Both the position numbers and the translations under genes were made by a program. A DNA stretch of 64,000 bases. Source: the human T2T-CHM13v2.0 reference genome, Homo sapiens. Location of the stretch: assembly GCF_009914755.1 (NCBI RefSeq), contig NC_060926.1. The stretch is one strand, 5' to 3'. Within the stretch, counting starts at the first letter, position 1. Each line of letters starts with the position of its first letter. Below, piece by piece: positions 47,229 through 61,884 of this stretch. Under the pieces are notes generated by a model that was not told where the DNA came from, ran no database searches, and was given only the letters and a program-made list of their open reading frames with translations.

Positions 47229-48231
47229 GCTAATTGAAAAGATACATATGGAAGGCAAAGAACTGAGAATAACCAAGACATTACTGAGAAGAATAACAAA
47301 GTGTCAGGATTTGTTCTACCAAATATCAAAACTTTAAAAACTATAGTCATTAAAACGGTGACCCTGGTATTAGGATAGACAAATAAGCCAAAGAAATCCA
47401 ATACAGTGCCCAGAAACAGGCTCACACATATATGGACACTTGATTTATGAATAAGGTGTCACTGACAAATACTAGGGAAAGAAAACATTGGGAAATAGTC
47501 AATAAAGGATGCTGAGACAATCAAATACAAGAAATAAAATCTTGATCTCACATCAATAACAAAAATTTATTCCAGACAGAATTTGAGCTAACTGTGAAAG
47601 GCAAAACAGTAAAATTCTAGAATACGGGAGAATATCTTCACGACCTTGGGATAGAAAAACATTGAACAAGACACAAAATAAAAAAGTATTAACCATAATG
47701 GAAAATACTGACAGACTGAACTTCATTAAAATTAAGAATTCCTGTTCACTAAAAGTCACCATTACATAAGCCAAAAGGGCAATCCATCCAGTGAGAGAAG
47801 CTATTTTCAATATATGTAACCAATAAAGAACTCATGTAATGGAACTGATTTTTGTTACTGCTGTGAGGTTACGGCTCCAGGAAAGATCTTGTATTCAGAA
47901 CTTATAAAGAACCTCTACAAAACAATGGGAAAAAAGACATGCAAACCAACAGCAAAATGGGTAAAAGACTTAACGGATGTCACAAAGGAAGATATCCAAA
48001 TGGTCAAGTAAACATGAAAAGTTGCTCAGCTTTATGAGAAATCAGGGAAACGAAAATAAAATGGAAATTACAGATCATTAGCCATTCTCCAGAACAGAAG
48101 GAGGGAAGGAAGAAAACACTTTACAAAGTTGTTGCAGAGGAATTCCTGATGACAGGTTTGCAAACTAAAACAACCACTTTGGAAAACTATATGCATTATC
48201 TATTAAAATGGAAGATACACATACTCTATGA

Positions 48232-48571
48232 CAGTGGTCCCCAACATTTCTGGCACCAGGGACTGGTTTCATGGAAGACAATTTTTCCATGGATGGGGGG
48301 TTAGCGGGATGGTTTCAGAATAATACTGTTCCACCTGAAATCATCAGGCACTAGTTAGATTCTCCTAAGGCACGCGCACAACCTAGATCTCTCATGTGCA
48401 GTTCACAATAGGGTTTGCACTCCTATGAGAATCTAATGCCACCACTGATCTGACAGGAGGCTGAGCTCAGGAGGTAATGTTCACTTCTTCACCCACCACC
48501 TGCTGTGCAGCCCTGTTCCTAACAGGCCACAGACCGGTACTGGTCCATGGCATGGGGGTTGGGGATCCCTA
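48232..48571. mobile_element. MER1B-like hAT MITE
   Basis: TIRs CAGTGGTCCCCAAC / GTTGGGGATCCCTA; perfect 8-bp TSD CTCTATGA (48224-48231, 48572-48579). Confidence 0.93.
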
Positions 48572-49191
48572 CTCTATGACCCAACAACTGCATTCTAATC
48601 CCTCAGAAAAAAATCATTTGAACACATATATTATGTTCACCAAGAGACAGCATTATTCTTAACAGCAAAAAACAAGAAGCAACCAAAATACACATAAACA
48701 GCAGAAATAATACATAAATTGGGGCATATCCATACAATGCAACACTATTCAGCAATGAAACTGAAGTAACTACAGTTACACTCAACACATAATGCTGTGA
48801 ATCTTAGAAACATAATGCTGAGAAAAAGGAGCCAGAAAAAAAAAATACAAACTGTATGAACTTCAAAAAATATGTGACCCTGTAGTATTTAGAGATATAC
48901 ACTCAGATGTTAAAATTACAGGGAAAGGCAATTATTATAAAATTCTGGAAAATGGCTAACTTTATGGGTAGTAACTAGGAGAGAGCTTGAGGGGAAACTT
49001 TGGAGGGTAATGGCCTGTTTTTAGTTTTTAATCTGGGTGGTGGTTACACAGGTATTTGCCTTGCATTCCCTCCCCAAATTTAAGCATCTATATGTAAATT
49101 ATATCTCACAATAAACACTTTAAAGAAAAAAAATAAATGAATCAAAATCGTATACTCTTTGCAAGAAGGCTCAATATAGGTTCTCTAATTA

Positions 49192-49530
<339 letters not shown>

Positions 49531-49559
49531 AGGACTTTAAGTTTTAAAAGACAAAATTC

Positions 49560-49872
<313 letters not shown>

Positions 49873-50025
49873 GACAAAATTCTGTTTGTGTTTTCAACTC
49901 ACAAACATTCTAGAGCTTGCTTTCCAAAATTTTAAAATTCTATTTATTATTCTGGCAGGATAGTGAAAAAAATACAGAGCTAGCTTTTTTCCTGACCTTT
50001 ATCTTCATATAAAAAAGTTAGATTA

Positions 50026-50310
50026 GGCCGGGCGCAGTGGCCTAATCCCCGCACTTGGGGAGGCTGAGGCGGGTGGATCACGAGGTCAGGAGATTGAGAC
50101 CATCCTGGCTAACACGGTGAAACCCCGTCTCTACTAAAAATACAAAAAATTAGTCGGGCTTGGTAGCGGGTGCCTGTAGTCCCAGCTACTCAAGAGGCTG
50201 AGGCAGGAGAATGGCGTGAACCCAGGAGGCAGAGCTTGCAGTGAGCCGAGACTGCGCCACCGCGCTCCAGCCTGGGTGACAGAGCGAGACCCCATCTCAA
50301 AAAAAAAAAA
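50026..50310 (+). mobile_element. AluY-like
   Basis: GAGAATGGCGTGAACCC, GAGCTTGCAG motifs; TSD AAAAAAGTTAGATTA. Confidence 0.93.
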
Positions 50311-50321
50311 GTTAGATTAGA

Positions 50322-50601
<280 letters not shown>

Positions 50602-51100
50602 TATGAACTGTGTGGTCAGTCAGCTGTGGAGCTCCGTATGCTGGCCAAGTTCTGATGTGCTCTCTGGACCTCCAAGGTCAGGACATGGGGGTCCACTGGC
50701 CCTGTGGGGACAGGCATGCATTTTTTACCCCAGCTCAGCCACCATCTCCCTGCCTGTGGTACACCTGGCCCCTGTCCCCACCACATCCCACCACCTGTAC
50801 AATGGGACCCTTGGGTACCATGCCATCAGTTGCTGGTGAGGCCCAGGTGAGTTCGTTCCTGTAATGCCCTTAGGAAAGTACCTGTCACCAGAAATTTTTA
50901 AAGCTCTCAAGGTGATTCCAATGCGGAGCTGGGGCTGAGATGCTCCAGGTTTTGAGGACTTTGGCCAAGGGCGTGAACCTCTTAGAGGAGGAATGGCTGG
51001 GCAATAATGGGGGCTTTGCTCACCACTTTAGCTCAGGACTCTCAACCCCCCTTTAAAATGAGGTGCAAAATAAATTTAAGGGACTTGAACTCAGGGAACA

Positions 51101-51390
51101 CTTTTTTGTAGTTGTTGATACAGGATCTCACTCTGCTGCCCAGGCTGGAGTACAGTGGCACAATCACAGCTCACTGAAGTCTCGACCTCCCAGGCTCAAG
51201 CGATCCTCCTGCCTCAGACACCAGAGTAGCTGGGACCACAGGTGTGTGCCAACACACCTGGCTAATTTTTTGTAGAGACAAGGTTTCCCTACATTTCCCA
51301 GGCTGGTCTTGAACTCCTGGACTCAAGCGACTGACCCGTCTCAGCCTCCCAAGGTGTTGGGATTACAGGCGTGAACCACTGTGTCCACCC
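51101..51390 (-). mobile_element. AluJ-like
   Basis: Diverged antisense dimer. Confidence 0.92.
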
Positions 51391-52047
51391 CTGCCTCTAT
51401 TTTTTTTAAAAAGAAAGTTAGATTAGGAAGCAGATTCAGGTTTATTAAATTATGCTTGTAAATGAAAGAATCTTTTGTTATTCCATTTTATAATCTTTCA
51501 AAGGAACAGGTTAGAAGAGCCAACCATTCTGATCAGTTAGGATGGGAATGATGGTTTGAGATACCTGACCAGGGCATCCTGTGGTTATGGCCTTAATGTG
51601 GATTTCTTCTGTTGAGATGCAGATTCCTCAGAGTCCGTGTCATCTTAGGAACGGTCTGATCTTTACGTATTCTGGATGCTAAATCTTAGTCCAGCCAAAC
51701 AGGAATGACAATGGCCAAAGCATCAACTATAGAAAACATAATCTATGGGGGTTATAATTTATATTCATAACAAGTGCAAACCCATGGAATATCTGAGAGC
51801 ACTGCACATGCATCGTGCCGTGGAGAGTTTTGAAATTAGACATGGTGAGTATGGTACTTACTGGACACTGAATTCCTGCTCTAGCAATTGAGTACTACAG
51901 AATAAATTATTTAACTTCCATAAACCTAATTTTCCTTATCTAAAAATAAAGAAAACAAGTCTAATCTTTTTGGCAATTTTTAAAATTTATTTTTTTACTG
52001 ATTTCTTATCAGTTGATTTTTGAGGATTAAAAAAATTACTATGAGTT

Positions 52048-52348
52048 GGCCGGGCGCGGTGGCTCACACCTGTAATCCTAGCACTTTGGGAGGCCGAGGC
52101 GGGCGGATCATGAGGTCAGGAGATTGAGACCATCCTGGCTAACATGGTGAAACCCCGTCTGTACTAAAAATACAAAAAAAATTAGCTGGGCATGGTGGCA
52201 GGCGCCAGTAGTCCCAGCTACTTGGGAGGCCTAGGCAGGAGAATGGTGTGAACCCGGGAGGCAGAGCTTGTGGTGAGCCGAGATCGCGCCACTGCACTCC
52301 AGGCCTGGGTGACAGTGCGAGACCCTGTCTCAAAAAAAAAAAAAAAAA
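52048..52348 (+). mobile_element. AluY-like, within a MIR remnant (about 51840-52040)
   Basis: Full dimer with poly-A; TSD AAAAAATTACTATG. Confidence 0.94.
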
Positions 52349-53644
52349 TTACTATGGCCAAGCCACATGAATGTACATGAATTGCAGATCTAAGAAGGAA
52401 TGTTCTTGGGCAAAATTCACATTTTAAATAATGTAAAACAAGGTTGTTGCTTTGACACTCTCCCTGCTTTAGCTTAAATTTAAATTAGAGAAAGGATATA
52501 TATTCTGCCATAGAAATGCTACATGTACATTTTTCTGTTCTAATCATAGCATAAGAAACCAGGAGTTATTTAAAATCGTTAAACCTATTGGTAAATTACA
52601 GTCAGAAAAAGATAACATTATGTCAAAATAAAAATTGTTTCTGAGAAACACTCTTCAACATTAAAATGAACAATTTTACATCTATTCAAAAGGGTCTTCT
52701 ATTCAGCTATTTAGGGGCCATATACTACATTATATAGCATCTCAATATTAGACATTCTGTAGGAGTCTTAGGTTTTTTTGTGGCTTAAGTAACCAATTGA
52801 TACTACTTGCCCTCAACATTTTTCTAGACCAAAATTACCTTTGCCACAGAATTCTGAGATCTCACCCAAGCTCCTGTCCAAGCATCTGAGCAGATCCAAA
52901 GACTATTAGTGAATCACATCCCAGTTCACAAGCTTTTCCATAGCCAACTCCATCTAGATACAAATTAGCAGCCTCCCTCAGCAAAAATACAAATCATGCT
53001 CCAGAATTTTTAGAATGGATTATCAACCTGCAACCTAGATGTCCAGTTCCTAACAGACACAAATCCTTCCTCAATCAATACAGAGCAAACACACTTAGGG
53101 AATTTTCCAGAAATTCAGTCCTGATTTGTCTGCCATCCAGATCCTATAAACAACCACCTAAAGGGAGATATTTAAAACATTTGTTCCCATAGGTTCTCCA
53201 AGTTCTCACCTTGAAACAGATTAAAGAACTAGAAAAAAGAGACTTAAGATCATTTTTTAGTAGGAAGGCTTTATAAAATTAGAGCTCATTATGTTCAGTT
53301 TTTATTCAGTTTTAAAACATACAAAGCTGACTCTAGGCAAATACTATGCAACCACTCTCTATTACATTTCTCAACACCTCTTACGTAAAGATAAGAATGA
53401 TAATGTACTTATTTACAAGGTTTTAATACCACAATGAGTTTGCATTTTAAAGAAATATTTAATCTAAAAGAAAACTCACGTAACTACAGAGGTTTTTATA
53501 TTACTAAAGACTCTACTGACCTATCTTCAAAGCTCATAAAATATAAATATATTTCAGATAAACCAATTACATTTTTAAAAGAAAAATAATAACCAGATAT
53601 TATTCAAGGCTTAACAATAACTTGTCTACTTAAAAAAAAATTAC

Positions 53645-53706
53645 CTGTAGTAGCCCTCCATCATCAAAACGCAGTACTTCTATTATGCTCTCTGACTGAA
53701 CGAATG
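53645..53706 (-). CDS. TMEM131: TMEM131 coding exon (exon 2), 62 nt, (A)FVQSESIIEVLRFDDGGLLQ
   Basis: Minus strand: gttttgttttcttcacag|CATTCGTTCAG...CTACTACAG|gtaatt; phase 1 to phase 0; peptide matches my recollection of the TMEM131 N-terminus and joins in frame to the next exon. Confidence 0.96.
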
Positions 53707-54229
53707 CTGTGAAGAAAACAAAACATACCATCACTTACAGGAACATAAATTTGATTTTCATAACATCTTTGACTTTAAAGTTAATTAATATAATTTTATA
53801 TCTAAAAATGGACTGCTTAATGGTGATGGTTGAAAAGAAAAATATGACTAATACTTCAGAATTTTACAAACTAAGAAATACTTTAAAATAAAACAAATAA
53901 TAAAGTAACTTCAACAACCTACAGGCTATATGCATCAACTTCAAAATATCCATTACTGTTATATTATGAGAAAGCACAAAATAGTCAAATTCAACAAGAT
54001 GCAACTAATTATTTTCCCTGATAGATTAATTGAAAATATCAAAAGCATATAGAAAAGATCACTACAGTATTATATTTCCCCCAAGAAATGATCAGCTGAA
54101 ATTCGGTATCATCTGCTTTTTTGTAGTGATGATATGACCTGGGATCCACAGTCAAAGGGATTTGGTGAGGAAGTGGGCAGGGAAAATAGCAAAAGATTAT
54201 TCTGATCCAAGAAACAGCAATGCAAAGGT

Positions 54230-55640
54230 AATATATTTAAAAGCTAACATAGTTATACCATACAATCTGGCGATCGTGCTTCTGGTATTGACTGAACTGA
54301 TTTGAAACCTTACATACAAAAATCTACATACAATTCCTTAAAGCAGCTTTATTCATAATCACCAAAATCTGGGCATAGTCAAGATGGCCATCAAAGGTGA
54401 ACAGACAAACTGTGGTATATCTATACAATGGAATATTACTAAAAGAAAAGGCTACATACTGTATGCTTCCAAGTACATGACATTCTGGAAAAGGGACAAT
54501 TATGGAGATAGTAAAAAGATCAGTGGTTGCTAGGAGATCAGGGGGAGATGGGAAAGGTTGAATAAGTGAAGCACAAATATATTTTAGGGTGGTAAAACCA
54601 TTCTTTATCAAATTGTAATGGTGGATACAGGACATGATGCATTTGTCAAAACAGAACTTCACAGCACAAAAAGTGAATCTAAATGTATGCAAATTTTAAA
54701 AATTTATTTAGAAGACTGGGAGACTCCAGGATGGAATGCATAAAATGACAAAACAATTTAACTGTATTACAAATGAATGAATCAACCTTACTGAAGTGGG
54801 GGGAGAGGGGAGAGTGCTCACCTAAGTAATTCTGGAAATGAATAGAATCTGTAAGACTAAAGGCAAAAGAAACCATACACACGCAATGTATTCTAGTTAA
54901 TAATGCTTTTTCCCATGGGAGTTTGGGTTAACCATTCTGATGCCACTATACATGTACACTGAAATCGAACAATTAAGTACACAGATGGTGGATACTGGGA
55001 GCCAGGTGTCTCACTGTTGGAAGAGCAATTTATACAGAAACAAGGCGGGGGAGGCCAAAATGATCCAGGTGGTAATGGTTAAGAGTCAGTGATATCAGTA
55101 AGAATTCATGTTTAGTGAAACATATACATTATTACATACATATAAGAATATTTATAGATGTGTATATTCATAGGTTAGTATACATACATGTATTTCCTTG
55201 CTCTGTCAGCTCTAAGAGCCTAAAGCAATGACATGCCAATAGCAAAGAACACACCTGGAACTCAGATCTTGTGTTCTAATATTATTTTCCAATAAAAGAA
55301 ACCAGGGCTTCCTGGAGCAATGGCCGATTTGAGGACAGGGGCAGGAAATACACGAGATGAGAATGGAGCATCCTATAGTGCCGGAAAGTAAAAAATAGAG
55401 AAAACCACCCAAATCCTACACTGATGGGGATAGAGAAAGGAAGGTAAGAATCAACAGAAAGAGCTCCCAAATGACCAAAGCTGAAACAATCTGAGCAACA
55501 AAATGAAGAAGTACTAGATGTAGCCCAAAGTATAAAATAAATATCCATAAACCCATATTGCTATAAATTGCTGAATAAATGGGAGAAAAGGGACAACTTT
55601 CACATGCAGAATTTCAACTATGTGATATTTCATTTGGCTT
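54230..55640 (+). mobile_element. Old L1M (MC/MD-like) 3' region
   Basis: GCAGCTTTATTCATAATCACCAAAA…GTAAAAAGATCAGTGGTTGCTAGG and later 3'UTR motifs. Confidence 0.75.
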
Positions 55641-58275
55641 AATATGGAATTCACTGACTCCCATTTGTTGGTCTTTTGGAAATCAGGGAAGACACTCACT
55701 GTCCCACATATGTACCTGGCTGTTCCGGTATGACAAAAGTGGACAGTCAAGCAGCAGAATAAGATACTAGTTAATTAGATTACATTACCTCGTTGGATGT
55801 TTTTTCTGCCTGCCAAGCATCCTTTTCTCCTTAGTCTAGCAGTCACATCCTGATTTTATTTTGGGAAAACTCCTGTCCTCCATTTCCTGTGTTTCTCTTC
55901 AATGACAGTGCCAACCTGCTCCACTTCTATTCATCCCCTAACCAGTCTGTGGCATATAGAGAATATTCAATAAATACTGAAAGCATGAATGATGTCCCAC
56001 CTTTTTGCTCAGGTACAATAAGCACTGGCATTTGTACTTACTGATGCAAATGACCTTTTTCTGGTTATGTTATCTCTAGTCCTGGCTTATAGTGGAATTT
56101 CAATATCAAGATCAGAGCTAATGGCTCCAACAGAATTACTGACACAGTATACTTAGAATGTCTCTAAGTAAAGTGATAAACTCATTACAATAAAGGACTA
56201 TGAATATAAAAGGCTCTGCTCAGCTCACCCATCCCATTCCTCACCTGTTCCCCCCACTTTTTAACACAAACTGAAATTTCACAGGATCCAGAGAATTTTT
56301 TGGTTATTCCCTACTGAAGACAAATTTATTAACATAAGAACACAATGAACTAACAAGAAATAACTGAACAGCCAGATGTTCACAATGTAAAAGACATAAA
56401 GTCAAGGCCTCTAATTAGAAGCTTTATGTCTAATTGGCAGAGGAAACCAACAAGAAACAACTGGAAACGAGCTATAGGTGGCTGCTATTAAGAGTTCCAA
56501 TAGAACGACCACTGAATGAGTTCCCACCATTGAGCCAGAAGAAATGCTGATCTAACTGAAGAGAACTACATAAAGGCAGTAGTTTGGGTATACTGCTTTT
56601 TAAATCAGAAGCTTTAAAAATATATAAAAATTCTATTATGAATTATGAATTCATATTTTAAAAAGTATGAGTTATGTTAAAAATATGAATGTTAGTTAAA
56701 AAAATTAATAACAGCAGCTGATTATAAAGTCTCAAAAGGAAAATACTATGTTACACATCACTGGCTTTCCTTAAAAGATGTAGAGATAAATAGGATTCAA
56801 CTCTGGCATAAAACAAATTAACGTATTTTGCTTTAAACAGCCAATTATAATACCTTTCAATTATATGCCTCAAAAAACAGAACACTAGATACAGACTTAA
56901 TCATTTCACATGCAGTTATTAAGCTATAAAATATAAAATGTAACAAAAGTCAGTCAAGTTATCACATCTCCAGATTCAAAACCAGAACTAGTAACAGCTT
57001 CCTCTCCCAAAAATATTTCCCCTAATTTTATGCTGTTAATGAATCCCAAACTTTCCTGATGTTCCCTAGTTCAAGCATCAAACAACTGTAATTGAAATAA
57101 AAATAAACTAATAATTACTGATCACTGTTGTTAATATTCAAACTAACCCTATGACACAGACATTATGATCCATTTTAAGGTAAAGAAATACACACAGAGA
57201 GATATACTTAGCAAGAAAGTGGCTAGAGAAAAGTATGAATTCTGGCAATGTGAATCTGTGCTTCTAAACCCATCCCTATTTATTTTCAAAATAAACTTTA
57301 CAGAATGCTCATGACTAACAGCACCTTTTAGCAACCAAATTTTTTTAATTGGGCATATATTTCTGACAATAAGTGAGGAAAGGAAGATTTACAAAGGAAA
57401 GAAAAGGATTTACATTTCTGGCTTTTACGATTCTACTCATATTTACTCTGAAGCTGGGCTCAGTAAGATCTACTTTAAGCTCCTCACACCGACCCACATC
57501 TCTAAGCTGTCTGTGAGTAACAAAGCCATTTATAATCAGTGTAAAAATGTCAATGTGTCAGTTGTTTCAAAATAGGAACACTTGCTTTCAAAACAGAAGT
57601 TCACAAACTGTTTACTTCCCTATTTCATTTAGTTAAGATTAAAAATATCTTTCACTTTAAAGACAAATCTTTGTCTACTAAGTTTTTGTTTTTCTTTTAG
57701 GTGAAGGTATTTTTCTGAATATTACAACTGATGAATAAATATAATTTGCAATTTTAATACATCTAAAATAACTCATGAAAAAAACAAATGCTGTAAATAA
57801 CTAGTAGAAAAATTTATGCCATATTGTGGGGGGTGGTATCAGGCATTAGGAACCTAGGTTGTCATTGCATATCTTTACCTTCTAGCCTTCACAATCTCCT
57901 CACCCACAAAAGGAGAAGGCTGGACTAGTCAAATCAGCGATTTTTAAACTTTCTTCTACAAAAACTAGGAACAGAAGAAAGGGCCACACAGGCAGGCCTC
58001 AGGAGGGTCCCCAAAGCTGTGTTACAGAGTCACCTTGCCTAGCATGCTGTTGTTATGGCTGGCATCTTCTCCTCCTTCAAGTCTCAGCCTTGACCCCACT
58101 CACAGTGTGGCCCTCCTTGGCTTCTCAGAGCAGCCCAGTTATCCTCTATTATATTCCCTATCTTAATTCTTATCACAATCTGTAAAAGTTCCTGGTTTGC
58201 TTGTCAATAATCTGTGCCTAGAAGCAAGTCTGAAAAACATAAGATAAGAAATTCTGGTTAGGATAATGACATTGT

Positions 58276-58378
58276 GCTTGAGCCCAGGGGGCAGAGGTTG
58301 CAGTGGGCTGAGATAGTGCCAATGCACTCCAGCTTGGGTGACAGAACAAGACCCTGTCTTAAAAAAAAAAAAAAAAAA
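58276..58378 (+). mobile_element. 5'-truncated Alu (right-arm end) with poly-A
   Basis: GCTTGAGCCCAGG…CACTCCAGCTTGGGTGACAGA…poly-A. Confidence 0.9.
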
Positions 58379-59093
58379 GACACTGCTATTTTAGAATTCA
58401 ACATTGTTAAATACATCAATATCTCTTTTACAGTTACACTTGCTCAATATTTTGTTTCAACAAAGGGCTCAATAGCAATTTTAAAACATCCTGGACTAGG
58501 TCCACATGGGTCCCTTCGAGCTTAAAGACATTTTATGATCAAAGCTTTGTTTCTTCCCTCATTAGTTTTATTATCTGAAAAATGTAACATATACTTGTCT
58601 TCTTGCCACATTAGAAGTACAAGGGAACTCATATAAACCATATTTTAATTTTATCAAGACCACTCAATATCATCAACTTCCTAAAGAAGCTAATGCCCAT
58701 GTTGTTTACTAAAACTCAAAATATAATCCTATGTAATTCAGATGTGCAGGATATATACCATACATCTAAAAAGATGAGCCAGAAAGGTTTTTCAAAATTA
58801 ATTTTATAGCTAAAGACAAAATACCATAATTAATTTTCACCTTATCCTAAAGAATCTAAGTCATCTAAAAAGATCTGTAAACTTCAGTTATAAAATGTAG
58901 AACTAATGCTCAAGAACCACCAACTACTCTTAGCAGCTTCAGTATCAGAAAATCACTAAAACTCTGAAGCTCGCACTGCAAATGCTCTAAAAACTAAGCT
59001 ATTACTGGAACTATAGCCCAAAACAGCAGGCCCTAGTCAGGACCTATATGATAAACCTAAATAGGCTGACTGTTAAAACAAAGTATTTAAATG

Positions 59094-59417
59094 CAGTCAT
59101 GTACCATGTAATGTTTTGGTCAACGATGGACTGCATAGATGATGGTGGCTCCATAAGATTATAATACTGTATTTACTGTACCCTTTTCTATGTTTAGATA
59201 CACGAAAACTTGCCATTGTGTTACAACTGCCTACAGTATTCAGTATAGTAACATGTTGTACAGGCTTGCAGTCTAGGAGCAATAGGCTGTATCATATACC
59301 TTAGGTATGTAGTAGGCTATACCACCTAGGTTTGTGTAGGTACACTCTATGTTAGCACAATGATTAAATGGCCTAACACCACTTAGGATGTTTTCCACGT
59401 TGAGTGATGCGTGACCA
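59094..59417. mobile_element. Tigger3 (Golem/MER7)-derived MITE
   Basis: CAGTCATG…GGTCAACGATGGACTGCATA…CCATAAGATTATAATAC…TGATGCGTGACCA. Confidence 0.85.
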
Positions 59418-59419
59418 TA

Positions 59420-61660
59420 GTACCCAAAGTCTCCAAACAGAAACACCAAGTGTCCATCACAGATGAATGGATCAACATGGCAGTTACATAATGAAATATT
59501 ATTCAGCCACAAAAAAGAATGAAATTCTGATATATGCTACAACATGGATGGACCTTGAAAATATTATAGTAAGTGAAATAAGCTAGACAAAAAAGGGCAA
59601 ATACTGTGCTTCTACTCACATGAAAAATGTAGAATAAGCAAATTCACGGGGACAGAAAGTAGATTAGAGGTTACTGGGCAACAGGGTAGGGGGAAGTGAG
59701 GAGTTGTGGCTTAATGGTTACTGAGTCTCTAGGGTAATGAAAAAAGAATGGTGGTGTTTGTATAACATTGTGATTAATGCTACTGAATTGTACACTTAAA
59801 ATAGTTATAAATGCTGAATTTTATGCTACATACATGTTATTTTAAAAACTACAAAACTCATTAACTTAGACAAAAAAAAAATTACAAATTGAACCCAGCA
59901 ATGTATAAAATTATGCATCACGACCAAGTGACTTTTACTCAAGGTATGCAAGACTCACCCAAAATTCAAAAACTGATCATTGTAATTCACCCCATCAACA
60001 GGCTAAAGAGGAAAAACACATGATCATATCAACTGACACAGAAAAAGTATTTGACAAAACCGAACACCTCTTCATGATAAAAACTCTCAAGAAGATAGGA
60101 GAAATGTAGAACTACCTCAATCTCAACCTCTAGGTAATATCCTTCTTACCAGTAAAAGACTGAATATATAGGCCCTGAGACTGGGAACATGTCAAGGATG
60201 TGGCTCTCACTCTATTCAACATGTGCTAGAAGTTCTGGCCACTTTAACAAGGCAAGGAAAAAAAAAAGACGAACACACTGGAAAGGAAATAAAACTCCCT
60301 AATTGCAGGCTACATACTTGTCTATGTAAAAACCCCAAGGACTCAAAAAGAAAAGTCCTTCTTAAAGGTAATAAGTACATATAGCAAAGTTGCAGAATAC
60401 AAGGTCTAAATCCTAAAATCCAGTACATTTCTATATACTAACAATGAATATGCAAAAATCAACATTAAAATGCCATTTACAACGCCATTTACGACTCCAA
60501 ATAAAATGAAGTACCTCAGATATAAATCTAAGAAAGCATGCACAGGACATATGTACTGAAATATACAAAATGCTGATGAAATAAATCAAAGAAGATCTAC
60601 ATAAACAAGAAGACACACTATATTCATGGATTAAAAGACTCAAAATGTAAAGATGTTAATTCTTCCCAAATTAATCTGTGGGTTTAATGTAAACCCTGTA
60701 AAAATCCCAGGATAATTTTTTGTTGACAAGCTTATACAAAAAATTAGATAGGAACAAACCCTAGAATTGCTAAAAACAATCTTCAAAAACAAGAATAAAG
60801 TGAGAGGAATCACTCCACCAGACATTATGTCTTACTGCATAACTTCAGTAACCAAGGCAGTGTGATATTGGCAGAGGGATAGACACATAAATCACTTGCA
60901 GAGAGTAGAACACCTAGAAACAGAACCATATATGCCTCACTGGTTTTGACAAAATTGCAAAAGCAATTCATTGGAAGAACAGCTTTTCCAACAAATAGCA
61001 CAGAAGCAATGAGACATCTATAGACCAAAACAATATTTTTCTTAAAGAACCCTGACCTAATCCTTACAACTTATACAAAAATTAACTCAAAATACATCAC
61101 TGCTCTAAATTTAAAATGTAAAACTATAAAACTTTTTAAAAAGGATAGAGAAGATCTTCAGGATCTAAGGTTTGGCAGTGTTCCTAGAGTTGACACCAAA
61201 AGCACAATCCAGAAAAAAAAAATGATAAATTGTTGTACCTCATTCAAAATTAAAAACTTTGCCCTTCACATGACCCTGTTAAGAGTAGGACAGGACAAAC
61301 TACGAAAAGGTATAAAATATTTGCAAACTACATATTTAACAAAAGTCTAAAGATCTAGGCTATATAAAGAACTCAAAAACAAACAGAAAAGAACAATCCA
61401 ATAAGCAAGTGAAAAGATGTTCAACATCATTAACCATCAGGGAAATGGTAATGAAAGCCACAATATCAGGATGGTGAAAATGAAATACCCATTCCTATCA
61501 AAAGATCAACATCCTGGTTGTGACTTTGTAGTATTCTTTGTCAAGATATTGCCATTGGGAGGAACCAGGTACAGGCTACACAGGATCTCTCTGTATAACT
61601 TCTTATAACAGTGTATGATTCTAAAATGATCTCAATAAGAATCTGTATTAAAAAATGAAA
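59420..61660 (+). mobile_element. Old L1M pieces (MB-like 3' end to about 59830, then an ORF2 remnant)
   Basis: RT-region DNA (CACATGATCATATCAACTGACACAGAAAAAGTATTTGACAAAA; CTATTCAACATGTGCTAGAAGTTCTGGCC). Confidence 0.8.
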
Positions 61661-61884
61661 TAGCTAATGATAAATTCTGGTAATTAGTTCTACCTGCTCA
61701 ATAGTTTATCTTCAAAATGTTTTTGTAATAGTGATTCTTAAATGGGTTAATATTTATAATATTAAGATAATGAAATTTAATTTCAGGACCTACATGCCAT
61801 TATCAATGTTAATTCAATCAACTGGTTTTGACAGCAAAAGTTGAGAATAGTTTGAAGAAACAAAATAGCACAGAAGAAGAAAAA

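Larger units (their letters stand above)
46555..49130 (+). mobile_element. Old L1ME-like ORF2/3' remnant
   Basis: A-rich degenerate L1 motifs ending TATATCTCACAATAAA. Confidence 0.75.

Noticed and set aside
51565-51726. Possible 162-nt cassette exon on the minus strand
   Set aside because: Weak donor (gtatct) and an in-frame TAG at codon 16; consistent with chance.
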